This document shows positions 45,569 through 54,841 of a DNA stretch of 64,000 nucleotides, piece after piece. Under the pieces are notes generated by a model, which did not search any database, had not been told where the DNA came from, and saw only the letters and a program-made list of their open reading frames with translations. How positions within the stretch are numbered: the first letter of the stretch is position 1; the number at the start of each line of letters is the position of its first letter. The stretch is from a virus (Duplodnaviria; Caudoviricetes): the IMG/VR virus record IMGVR_UViG_3300028833_000053; one strand, 5' to 3'. Made by a program: the position numbers and the translations under genes.

Positions 45569-45909
45569 GACAGAACCTCCTTCCACCTGGATATTGCAGA
45601 CACGAATTCCGGAGTTATGTTCGTATGACCATCATTGGAATCCACAAGGTTGAACGAATAGGCGGACAGATAATTGCATCCTTTACCCCTCTGCATATGT
45701 CTGAGCGCATAGATGATGGTTTTTGTACGGGAAATGTCGAACAGAAATGGAATAAGCTCGTCATAGTGGTTGGGCAAAATAAATCCATGAGATGCCACGG
45801 TCGGTTCATGGCACTTGAACTCAAAGCACACAAGTGAACCATGCATCATGTGAAAAATGTCGTGGTTCATCTCCTCTGCGCCATGTTCCATGTCAAATGT
45901 GTATATCAT
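45565..45909 (-). CDS. Tandem paralog family member 2
   Basis: DGHTNITPE motif. Confidence 0.7.
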   Translation of the reverse strand: MIYTFDMEHGAEEMNHDIFHMMHGSLVCFEFKCHEPTVASHGFILPNHYDELIPFLFDISRTKTIIYALRHMQRGKGCNYLSAYSFNLVDSNDGHTNITPEFVSAISRWKEVLS

Positions 45910-46316
45910 TCGCTACATACCTTTTTGGAAAAACGTTCAACCATGTCGGCGTCAATGTTGCGCTCCTGACCATCTTCAAGCCTGTGAAGCCACACTGTGT
46001 ACTCTATGAAGTCGAAGCTCCTTGTTATGAAGACCCGGTAGAGGTTGAACTGAACCGACAAGTCCATCAACTCACCCATCAATCCGCCAACACCATCAAG
46101 AATGGCGTATCTTCCGGGAGCAACGTCCATATAGCAGTCAAAATTCATGGGTGGACGCTTCCCAACGGAAACATATTTATGTATCCCTGTCTCCCCCACC
46201 ACTCTGAACATCACGCATAAGGTGGAGGCAAGGTTGTCAGCCCACCAGGGTTTCTCGTTTTCGAGGAAATCCCAGATGGACATCGTTTCGGATTGATATT
46301 GGGAAATGTCAGTCAT
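45906..46316 (-). CDS. Tandem paralog family member 1
   Basis: ELMDLS...GQERNIDAD. Confidence 0.6.
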   Translation of the reverse strand: MTDISQYQSETMSIWDFLENEKPWWADNLASTLCVMFRVVGETGIHKYVSVGKRPPMNFDCYMDVAPGRYAILDGVGGLMGELMDLSVQFNLYRVFITRSFDFIEYTVWLHRLEDGQERNIDADMVERFSKKVCSE

Positions 46317-46957
46317 GGCGCGTAGAGAACCGTGGGGTTGTCCTTGAGCACCGCAATCTCGGACTCAACCGTAATCTCAGCCTTCTTCAATTCGTTGAAC
46401 TTCTGAAGATTGAATGGCTTGGTTATGAGGTGAGTGCCGGAGCGGGTTGGAATCGTGGCAATGACCTTGCGAAGTCCACCCGTGGTGTCAACGGGCTCGC
46501 AACGCGCTATGATGTCCTTGACATGCCCAACCAGGAAAGAATCGGGTCCAACACCGTCAATGTCCACAAGCCAGGTCTTGTCCTCCTTGTGTCCCTCCGG
46601 ATAACGCCCAATCACGGAATTGATTTCGTTGTAGGTGTTCCCAAATTCCTCGTTCTTGCGGGCCTTCTCAAGGGTCTCTTGCGCATACGCCATCGCAATG
46701 GTCTTGTAGTTGCGCTTGTTGAGGCGAATGTACGCACGGGCGCCGGTCTCATCGCAAATGCGGATGATTTCGTCCCTCAACTCCGCAAGTTGGCTTTCGC
46801 TGGTGATGTGGAAGTCCTTGACCAGACGGCGCTGGTTGTCGGAGCCGTTTGGCACGTCAAGTCCATCCTTCTTGCGTTGGAGCAATTGTAGGAAATAGAA
46901 GTCACCATGCTTACCGAAGTGAAGCAGGGGCTTTATCAGTTCAAAATTGTCTACCAT
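46313..46957 (-). CDS. Phage protein with AEP/PrimPol-like motifs
   Basis: FYFLQLLQRKKD, RAYI, WLVDID, PTRSGTHLI. Confidence 0.5.
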   Translation of the reverse strand: MVDNFELIKPLLHFGKHGDFYFLQLLQRKKDGLDVPNGSDNQRRLVKDFHITSESQLAELRDEIIRICDETGARAYIRLNKRNYKTIAMAYAQETLEKARKNEEFGNTYNEINSVIGRYPEGHKEDKTWLVDIDGVGPDSFLVGHVKDIIARCEPVDTTGGLRKVIATIPTRSGTHLITKPFNLQKFNELKKAEITVESEIAVLKDNPTVLYAP

Positions 46958-46970
46958 TGGTTTTCTCCTT

Positions 46971-47219
46971 TTACTTGATTACTGCGCAGCACATGCGGTC
47001 AACAGAAACCTTCTTGGGGTTCTTCGCCATTTCTACCGCCACATCCACTGGCTTGTTGTAGTTGTCCAGTGTCTTGAGGTAGGACTCCACAAGGACAAGC
47101 CCGCTCTTGCCGAAACCATATACACGCCCCTTTGCGATTTCAAGGGCGGTGCATTTGCTCTTGGATGCGTAGTACACCCAATCGCCAACATGGATTTCGT
47201 TTCCAAACTTGTCAACCAT
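46971..47219 (-). CDS. Small SH3/KOW-like protein
   Basis: DKFGNEIHVGDWVYY; first gene after promoter. Confidence 0.6.
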   Translation of the reverse strand: MVDKFGNEIHVGDWVYYASKSKCTALEIAKGRVYGFGKSGLVLVESYLKTLDNYNKPVDVAVEMAKNPKKVSVDRMCCAVIK

Positions 47220-47243
47220 TTCTTGTTTCTCCTTACGCCATAC

Positions 47244-47272
47244 AGTATATCACATTTCCGATTGAATGTCAA
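47244..47272 (-). promoter_or_regulatory. Sigma70-type early promoter
   Basis: TTGACA-N17-TATACT. Confidence 0.8.
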
Positions 47273-47523
47273 TACGCATCAGCATCAATCTCGCACTTGT
47301 TGGTGAAGTCCCATCTTCCAACCTTGATGAAATTGGGTTCGTTGAATATGACGCATCTTCCCCATTCAAGAAGTTCATATCCGTCTGGATGATATTTGTT
47401 TGGTTCTTGAACCTTGTCAATGCACGGCGTGCCGTCCCAAGTAAAGGCAGTGACAACCCACTTGCCGAGTTTTCCAATCTCAACAAGCACGTCACCATAT
47501 TGGAATTTTTCATTCGTTTCCAT
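47269..47523 (-). CDS. Small SH3/KOW-like protein
   Basis: KFQYGDVLV...FIKVG. Confidence 0.6.
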   Translation of the reverse strand: METNEKFQYGDVLVEIGKLGKWVVTAFTWDGTPCIDKVQEPNKYHPDGYELLEWGRCVIFNEPNFIKVGRWDFTNKCEIDADAY

Positions 47524-47830
47524 ACTTTTCAAATGCCTTTGCTATGCGGATGAGTTTGGCATAAACCTGTTTATCGTCAAATGGGTTCTTGCAGAAATCC
47601 ACCTTCACATAATCGGAATCCAAGTCGAATTTGGATTTGTCAGCATGGTAAACCTTGTTAGACCACAGATACTGGACGCTGTACCACATGGTAGTCTCAT
47701 ACGCACCGTCAATCACAAATGCGTTGCTTCCTCCAATCTGGAGAACAACATCGCCCTTCTTGAACTCACCAATCATCTTGAACTCACCATTAATCTTGAA
47801 CTCGCCATTCATCGTGAACTCTACAATCAT
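47510..47830 (-). CDS. Small SH3/KOW-like protein
   Basis: GEFK repeats then FKKGDVV...YVKVD. Confidence 0.6.
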   Translation of the reverse strand: MIVEFTMNGEFKINGEFKMIGEFKKGDVVLQIGGSNAFVIDGAYETTMWYSVQYLWSNKVYHADKSKFDLDSDYVKVDFCKNPFDDKQVYAKLIRIAKAFEKYGNE

Positions 47831-48048
47831 ACCATCATCCTCAAACGTTCCTCGGTGAGCCAATACGCCACAACATAGCCGGAATCCTTGACCTTCACCT
47901 TGTAGGCCGTCTTGTTGGAATGTATGGGAAACTGGCTCCCATACATCATGTTCATGGAATCCTCCACAACGCCACGCAGCCTGTGATCTTTGCTGCAGAT
48001 GACATCATCCACGATTTCAACCCGATCGCCTTTCTTGAACTTGTCCAT
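47827..48048 (-). CDS. Small SH3/KOW-like protein
   Basis: KFKKGDRVEI. Confidence 0.65.
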   Translation of the reverse strand: MDKFKKGDRVEIVDDVICSKDHRLRGVVEDSMNMMYGSQFPIHSNKTAYKVKVKDSGYVVAYWLTEERLRMMV

Positions 48049-48060
48049 TTTCTTTCTCCT

Positions 48061-48282
48061 TCAATCCTTGAACGGAACATGCCCGTGGAAAAGCAGTTCG
48101 TCTGCGCTTCCCGGAACAATCTTGCCAACTTTGTGGAACAGCAAATCAACGCTACGTATGCCCAACATGGAATCCCCGGAATTCATCCAACGCACATAGT
48201 AGTGCTGTGCGTCATATCCAACCACCTCGGCTATGAGGTCTGACCTCTCCGCTTGGATTATGTCGTAGATGTTGAACTTCAT
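48061..48282 (-). CDS. Small SH3/KOW-like protein
   Basis: KFNIYDII...FHKVG. Confidence 0.6.
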   Translation of the reverse strand: MKFNIYDIIQAERSDLIAEVVGYDAQHYYVRWMNSGDSMLGIRSVDLLFHKVGKIVPGSADELLFHGHVPFKD

Positions 48283-48950
48283 AGCAGGTTCAACTCCCTC
48301 ATTCCACGGAGATACTTCTTCTCCGATTCCAATATCTCCTTCAACCCCTCTTCAAGAAGTTGCTTGCAGAGAAGGGCGTTTTCATAATCGTCGTCCACCT
48401 TCTCCTTGAGCTTCATGTAGTCTTGAAGAAAAATTGGCTGTTCCTTGGGGAAGTAGTTCTCCATCGTTGGTGTCACGGAGAACCGCTCATATCCATTGGA
48501 AGGATAGCCGCCATTAACCCATTCGTCAAAGAAATGGAATCCGTGGTAGGTGTTGTATGTGTGGTAGTCTGTGGTTCCTCCCTTGTTATGCGATATGAAC
48601 ACAGCGCGCTTCGTTTTTTCGTTCCATATAAAAAGGATTCCCTTGTCAAGCCACACATAGAGAATGCCATCGCCTTGCACATAAAAGTGAACCGGATTTT
48701 GCCCAGTCTCCTTTCCAAAACTCTTGTTTGAGAATCTATCGCGCCACCGTATGTTTGGACAGAAGAAGATGTCAATGTTCTTCTCAATAATTTCCCCAAG
48801 TTCAAGGAACAGCATAATTGTCTTGTCGCGCTTTCCAATCAAGTACCGCTCAATTCCCTGAAAGTCGCAAGATGAAAGACGCTTCCTTGTTTCCCTTATG
48901 GATTCAAGGCAGGTCTCAGCGTCAAACTGCTTCTCATTGTTTCTGCACAT
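48279..48950 (-). CDS. Hypothetical protein
   Basis: Start MCRNNE overlaps the TGA of the upstream gene (TGATG). Confidence 0.65.
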   Translation of the reverse strand: MCRNNEKQFDAETCLESIRETRKRLSSCDFQGIERYLIGKRDKTIMLFLELGEIIEKNIDIFFCPNIRWRDRFSNKSFGKETGQNPVHFYVQGDGILYVWLDKGILFIWNEKTKRAVFISHNKGGTTDYHTYNTYHGFHFFDEWVNGGYPSNGYERFSVTPTMENYFPKEQPIFLQDYMKLKEKVDDDYENALLCKQLLEEGLKEILESEKKYLRGMRELNLL

Positions 48951-49219
48951 CAACGGTCTCCCTAAACCAGTTCTTTCTGATTTATGCCCAACCAACCACA
49001 ATACTCGTCAAAGTCAGCCAATTCCGTACGTGCGCAAAACTCGATGAAGTCCCGGGTTGCTGTCGTAAAGAGGAACCTGTACGCATCGTCAAGGTATTCA
49101 CTTTCATCAACACGGCCATAAGGGTAGGCATTCTGGCCGCGGTCCTTCCAGTACTTGCGCCAATACTTGAACGCGCACACGCGCTGGCGCACCTCAACGA
49201 AGATGTCTCCGTACTGCAT
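48950..49219 (-). CDS. Hypothetical protein (near-terminal TAG)
   Basis: GGAGG RBS; TAG 48962 then GGA GAC CGT TGA. Confidence 0.6.
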
Positions 49220-49230
49220 GACACCTCCCA

Positions 49231-49623
49231 TCAATTGAAGAACCACATGCGGACTTCGCGCCAAGTGCCACGCACAATCGGCTTCTCAAAGTCGTTCTCG
49301 TCACCCCAAATGTCGGCCTTGCCATTGGCGTTGGAAGGGGAAACGCAGTAAATCACGTCACCCGTCTCCATGTCGCAAATGCGGAAGTCATCGTACAACT
49401 TGCCGCAGCAAGGGCAGTTGTTCTTGAAGAACACGTAAGTCTTCGTGGGGTCGAACTTGCCCGAACGCGCAAGGCTCTTGAGTTTTGCAAACAAAACCTT
49501 TGCCTTGTTCTTCAGGGAAGAATCCTTGCAGAACCAGTCAAAGAACCCATAGCAGTTCTTCTCATTGAAAGCCTCGTCAAAATCCATCTTGACGAGTTCG
49601 GCAATCGTAATTTCCTTTTCCAT
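49231..49623 (-). CDS. Hypothetical early protein
   Basis: FFDWFCKDSSL, YVFFKNNCP...LYDDFRI; first gene after promoter. Confidence 0.7.
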   Translation of the reverse strand: MEKEITIAELVKMDFDEAFNEKNCYGFFDWFCKDSSLKNKAKVLFAKLKSLARSGKFDPTKTYVFFKNNCPCCGKLYDDFRICDMETGDVIYCVSPSNANGKADIWGDENDFEKPIVRGTWREVRMWFFN

Positions 49624-49632
49624 TGTTATCTT

Positions 49633-49687
49633 CTCCTTGTTTTCCTCAGAACACCTACAGTATAGCATATCCCCTTCCCAAAGTCAA
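49633..49687 (-). promoter_or_regulatory. Sigma70-type early promoter with 32-bp repeat copy 2
   Basis: TTGACT-N17-TATACT (49659-49687); leader identical to 22858-22889. Confidence 0.8.
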
Positions 49688-49717
49688 TGGGGATATGGAA
49701 AATAAATTAAAAGAAAA

Positions 49718-49747
49718 TGTCAGCCATCCCCTGATAAATGGCTGACA
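49718..49747 (-). terminator. Intrinsic terminator
   Basis: TGTCAGCCAT/ATGGCTGACA stem followed by TTTTCTTTT on the minus strand. Confidence 0.7.
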
Positions 49748-49771
49748 CTAGATTATATGCAAAACTTCAAT

Positions 49772-50428
49772 TTAGTGTGCTTCTGACCACGAAATAGTGA
49801 AGTTATACTCAATCGTCCCAACGTCCTTGCCATAGGCTGCGGAACTTGACTCGAACTTGGGGATTGTGAACCCACGGGACTTGTACCAATCCGTGATATG
49901 GGAGATGTTCACCCAATCCTGGGGCGAAACGCGGAACTGAACATTCGTGGAATATCCACCCCGCTGAGTTTCATCATAGATCTTCTTGTTGATTGCCCTG
50001 ATGTAATTCACAATGGACTTGTCCTCGTTCTTTGAAGACTGGTAGAAACACTTTCTTGCGTCAATGTTCAAGTTGTAGCAAGCCTCAACAAACTTCTGTT
50101 GGTTCATTGCAATTGAGCAGGAATCGTTGATTCCCGTTTCCTGTGGATCATAATCATCCGCCTTGCAGCACTCGTCGGGCGTCTCACCATCCAACTCATC
50201 TGCCTTGCAATCACCCTCTGCGTCTTCCTTGACAAGAGCTTTCTCCAAGTTCTCCTTGCCATACCAAGGTTTGCCATCATCGCGCTGTTCCGGTGGCGGA
50301 GGTGGTGGCATTGGAGGCTTTGCCCCATTCGCCATTGTCACGGCACCCGCAAGAGCCGCATCAATCTTGTCCTGGTCAAGTTCCACGGCCTTGCCGTCCT
50401 TGTCCTACACTATTCTTCTTTTAGCCAT
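49772..50428 (-). CDS. Hypothetical protein (218 aa, TAG at codon 8)
   Basis: MAKRRIV[Q]DKDG start overlaps the Lar-like gene stop; polyproline stretch. Confidence 0.7.
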
Positions 50429-50714
50429 TTTTGGTTTCCTTTTCCTTTATCAAATCCACGTCATATGTAAAATCCTCTTCCATAGGATCGTCATCGTGCG
50501 CCGGCTTCCGATACATGGTATTCCAAGATTCAATGGCGAACCTTGGCTCGTATTCCGTCGGGCCCATCGCACCGCAACAACCACATTCCATCTGCCAGAT
50601 GTCGCGCACCTCGGTCTCGCCATCTTCGTACCGTATTTTCACTGTATGATATTTCAGCTTGTGGCCGTGGTGGCCGCAGAAGGGACATATCTTGACTTTA
50701 GATTCTGTTTTCAT
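50421..50714 (-). CDS. Lar-like restriction alleviation zinc-finger protein
   Basis: ICPFCG...ECGCCGAMGP...AIESWN. Confidence 0.75.
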   Translation of the reverse strand: MKTESKVKICPFCGHHGHKLKYHTVKIRYEDGETEVRDIWQMECGCCGAMGPTEYEPRFAIESWNTMYRKPAHDDDPMEEDFTYDVDLIKEKETKNG

Positions 50715-50722
50715 ACATAGAA

Positions 50723-52198
50723 TTATACTTGAATGATGTCAGTGTTCTTAATCCCCCAAGGATAGCCAGACATTCCCTGTACGGCTTCACTGGTCTTTCC
50801 GCTGAACACAACACTATTCAATTCACCACACCCCGCAAATGCGTTTTCCCCAATAGTTGCAACACTGGATGGAATAACCAACGTTGTAAGTCCCGTACAA
50901 CCATAGAACGCCCTGTACCCAATGTTCGTCACGCTGGGTGGTATCGTTATGCTTGTAAGGGAACTGCAATTTTGGAACATCTGCGGACCAATTCCGGTAA
51001 CGGTGTCTCCAAGCACAATGTCAATTGCCCTCAATATGTTTGGAATGGACGTATGCGTAAGTTCACCGGAAATGTCCCCCGTCCAATCGGGCAGTTTTGT
51101 TTGAAGAACATATTGGACAACGGTTGTTGCACTGGTAATTTCGGGCGTTGGATCATCACCACCACCTTCCTCGCCACCATCGTCATTGCCGTCTTCCGCC
51201 ACCCATCTGTCATCCGGCTTCCACCACAACATTGAATTACCGTCGTTGAATGGAATCGTCAGCTTGAAATCGTATCTTTCATTTCCGGTGTTCAACGCCC
51301 TCAAATACTCTTTCGTTCCATATTCCCACAAAATATGTTCGCAATCGGACAATGAAACCACGCCTGTTATGTCAAGTTCCCCATTCGTGTAGAGCTTCAC
51401 CTTTATGTACTTCTCGGATGAACCGCCAATTGGCTTGAACAACTCGTAGAACACGTAATCCAAACGCCCAAAGGAATGCAGTTTGTTCATGGCATCTATG
51501 TAGCGGTCATTCTTTCCAGAGTCCATGTAGTCGTCTGAATCAAACTCGTCAAGGTTCTTGTGAAAGTCAAGTTCGTGGTCTTTCACCATTCCCTGCAACA
51601 TGTTTGCCAAATACTTTATGCGGGAATCTGCCAATGGGTTGTCTTGGTAATCGTCATCCCATTCATCAACTGATGCCATTCCAAGGTTGTCGGTCCAAGT
51701 CTTCGTCAAAATGTAGTCAACCCAATCCTAATCTGAATCCAAACTGCCAACGTTGTTGTCATGCTTCGAGATATACATCTGCATATTGTAGGATTCCTCG
51801 CCAACATCGTATTTTCCATCCAACCTTGCAATGTATTCCGTCATCCTTCCAAAATCACGGCGTCCCTCCCATATTTCATCGGCGGTAACTCCCAGGGCGT
51901 CCGCAACACGGTTTCTGTTGTCAAGAAGAAACTGCAACTTGTCTATGTTGTTCTTGAACATGACTTGTCCCTTGTCATATTCCCTGTACAATCCCCCACG
52001 ATATTGTATCTGGCGTATTTGCTCGTTTCCAAGAATCTCACCACCCGTTATCTTGTTCAATGCCGTGGAGTATCTTTGGAACAAACGGGAAAGGACGTAG
52101 TTGATTGACCGCATGTTCATGGACAACCCCGTAAGGGATTTGTTGAATTCCTCACGCGACTCTTCCTTCTTTTGCAATTCCTTTTCGCTCAGTGCCAT
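50723..52198 (-). CDS. 491-aa protein with C-terminal BspA-type LRR domain (1 TAG)
   Basis: TAG 51728 in frame; IPPSVTNIGYRAFYGC repeats; late motif 52222-52231. Confidence 0.8.
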
Positions 52199-52254
52199 AG
52201 TCTATATCCAATTTACATTTGGTATTTACCATTCTTCGTTTCCAATATAAAGCA

Positions 52255-52284
52255 AAGATGCGTGGAGTTGAATCCACGCATCTT
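52255..52284 (-). terminator. Intrinsic terminator hairpin
   Basis: AAGATGCGTGGA-GTTGAA-TCCACGCATCTT. Confidence 0.75.
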
Positions 52285-52310
52285 CTGTTTCATTGCTGTG
52301 TTCCAATTTG

Positions 52311-52841
52311 TTATGGGGTTGCAATGAACTTGCCGCCACGGCACTTCACGTTGCGCGTTGCGTATACAGCCTTTGCCCTCTGGCACTCTGGGCAGTCCTC
52401 TGGGAGGTTGAGCACCGACTGGCATCCCTTGCCAAACGCAGCCACAACCTTGCTGACCAGCTCGGCGTTTGCCTTGACCTTCTCGTTCGTTGCAAGGTAG
52501 GTGTCAATTCCATTGAGAATGACAACGGAACCCGCGTTGATGAGCGTCTTCTGGTAGTCGTTCAGCTTATCCTGCTTGAGGATGATTTCCTGAACGGCGG
52601 GAAGAACGCTGTCAAGATAGGTCTTGCCCTCGCCAACCGCAACGGTCGCGGTTGTGACGTAGCCAACCACGTCCTTCAGCACGGCCTTCACCTGAGGATC
52701 TGGATTGTCGATGCTGAACCAAGTCAGCATGGCAATGGAACCCGCGGTGTTGGCTGCGCCAACCAGTGTGCTTTCAGAAGGGTCGCATCCCGTAAACAAC
52801 ATGGAAAGGGCTGCGACCATGGTGATAATCATTTTCTTCAT
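52311..52841 (-). CDS. Lipoprotein
   Basis: MKKMIITMVAALSMLFTGC signal peptide with lipobox. Confidence 0.8.
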   Translation of the reverse strand: MKKMIITMVAALSMLFTGCDPSESTLVGAANTAGSIAMLTWFSIDNPDPQVKAVLKDVVGYVTTATVAVGEGKTYLDSVLPAVQEIILKQDKLNDYQKTLINAGSVVILNGIDTYLATNEKVKANAELVSKVVAAFGKGCQSVLNLPEDCPECQRAKAVYATRNVKCRGGKFIATP

Positions 52842-52880
52842 AGTTAGTTTTCCTTCTTTCCTTTGATAGTTCAATTATAC

Positions 52881-52908
52881 AAAAAAGCCAGACCCCTTGG
52901 GTCTGGCT
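52881..52908 (-). terminator. Intrinsic terminator
   Basis: AGCCAGACCC/GGGTCTGGCT stem plus T-tract on the minus strand. Confidence 0.8.
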
Positions 52909-52931
52909 GGTGTGATATGTGGCGCAATCAA

Positions 52932-53453
52932 TTACTCGTCGTCCTCATCTTCGTCATGGTCTTCGCCACACGAAAAATCATCGTCATCTTCCCTCTTGAA
53001 ACCCTCGCGCTCTTCAAGGATGAACTCAAGCCCAATGTAGGGGTCGGGATCAGCAGCCCCCTCGGACTCATACACGGCGCGGAATCCACCAGTGGAGCAT
53101 GTGGTTTCCTCCTGTACCGCGTCAATGAGCAGACGTTCCGCCTCGCGCTTCATTTCCTCAACGGTCGGAACCCCGAACTTCGTTCCAGCCCATTTCCAGT
53201 CCAAGTCCTCCATCACAGACTGAACCTTCTCGAAGTCGAACTGATCCATAATACTCTCGACCTTCTCGCGTTCAACCCTTGAAAGGGCATCGAGTCTGGA
53301 ATATGGGGGAATGACCTGGACGGTCTCCCGCTTCCTTTGCTGCACAAGCGCGTTCTTGATTTCAAGCAGAGTGGATTCAAATGAATTCATCTTGTTCTCA
53401 AGCTCTTCAATCCTCTTTGAATTGTCTATCATGGTGGTTATCCTTTGTTCCAT
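52932..53453 (-). CDS. Hypothetical protein
   Basis: IMDQFDFEKVQSVME..W.W; promoter TTTACT-N17-TATAAT at 53474-53502. Confidence 0.7.
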   Translation of the reverse strand: MEQRITTMIDNSKRIEELENKMNSFESTLLEIKNALVQQRKRETVQVIPPYSRLDALSRVEREKVESIMDQFDFEKVQSVMEDLDWKWAGTKFGVPTVEEMKREAERLLIDAVQEETTCSTGGFRAVYESEGAADPDPYIGLEFILEEREGFKREDDDDFSCGEDHDEDEDDE

Positions 53454-53539
53454 TTGTTTAGTTTACCTACTTCATTATACAACAATTCACTGAAATAGTA
53501 AATAGGTAAAAGAGAATTTTCTGAAACTTTGACACGACC

Positions 53540-54829
53540 ATGAATATTATGTTAAACGAAAAAGACGAAATGTCTGCAAGGGATGGAGGCACTTCCATAT
53601 CCGACTGGGATTGGCAAGACGATTATGCTTTCCACAGGCATTGTCAAAAGACTGTATGTTCTGCAATTGGATATAGTGGAAACGGAAGAACGTGGAGCGT
53701 AATCTATCCAGGTACGGGCCCTTTGCCAAACTTGCAACGTTGCGTCAACGGCACAACCAGCCCAGAAACTTGGCAAAAATATTTCAATGTAAACGTGGAG
53801 AAGTCTGGCAAGAACAACATAACCTATGACTTGAGAGCCATTTTGGAATTGATAAACATGGTTGCGGGGAAATTGTTTGCCAGTCTCGGTCCATTCACGT
53901 TGACGTTCAAGGACGCCGAAGGAAACACCATCGCCTCCAAAGACCTGGACTTGATTAATGATCCATCCAGAGACTATGAATTTGGAGGGTTTGGGCGAAA
54001 CGTCAAACTTAAAGTTGGTGGTGCGCTTGCCGCGTCATTCAACACAATGAAACCGGGGACGCTAATAGATGGACTTCCAGAGCAACTTGACTTGCCATTG
54101 CAGCCACTATCCATATCATTAGGTGAAATGTCGCCTTTTAACATAGTAAAAGTGGTAATGGAAAGCGGTGTTGCGGTTAAAATACCATACAATACATTGA
54201 GCTTTTCATTTGGGAACGCGGCGGCGTTCGCGTCAACAAACGTTGCGATGGCGGCGCCCGTGAAGTTACAAGTACCCTACAACAACGTGAATTTCCAGAT
54301 GCTTGGTAAAACTTTCAATACCATAAAAGCGGCTACCGGACAAAATTGGAATATTACAGTTCCAAAAGATTACAACAGAATTACAACTTCCTATGGTACA
54401 TCAGATCCTCAAGGTGGTGCTGGAACTATTACCCAATCTGGTGCAACATATATAGTCAGACCCCATGCCGGCGTTCATATATACAGAATATCGGCATCCT
54501 CCAATTTCAATCTCAAGTTCAATCTAGCCAATTATCAATCCCGTTGGGATGTGTTTGGCCGAGATTTTGGTCAGCAAATTCTTGAATTTGAAGTGCATAT
54601 ACGCAATGCTTCTGCAAGTGTAATAACATTCGCAAACATTCATGGAACAACGCTTGCCAATTGGTTTACCAGATGGATAGATGCATCTGCTGCGGCAACA
54701 AACTTCACGTATTTGAACGATAAAGACACAATAGAAGCATATAACACTGCGGCCTATGTGTTTAGGATTGACACCTACCAAAGAAGCATGACATGGAGTT
54801 TGGCATATATTTGTCCTACATCAGGCTAA
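53540..54829 (+). CDS. Putative tail fibre/receptor-binding protein
   Basis: 429 aa, beta-rich, Asn/Thr/Gly-rich; AGTAAATA late-like motif upstream. Confidence 0.55.
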   Translation: MNIMLNEKDEMSARDGGTSISDWDWQDDYAFHRHCQKTVCSAIGYSGNGRTWSVIYPGTGPLPNLQRCVNGTTSPETWQKYFNVNVEKSGKNNITYDLRAILELINMVAGKLFASLGPFTLTFKDAEGNTIASKDLDLINDPSRDYEFGGFGRNVKLKVGGALAASFNTMKPGTLIDGLPEQLDLPLQPLSISLGEMSPFNIVKVVMESGVAVKIPYNTLSFSFGNAAAFASTNVAMAAPVKLQVPYNNVNFQMLGKTFNTIKAATGQNWNITVPKDYNRITTSYGTSDPQGGAGTITQSGATYIVRPHAGVHIYRISASSNFNLKFNLANYQSRWDVFGRDFGQQILEFEVHIRNASASVITFANIHGTTLANWFTRWIDASAAATNFTYLNDKDTIEAYNTAAYVFRIDTYQRSMTWSLAYICPTSG

Positions 54830-54841
54830 TGGAGATTCACA

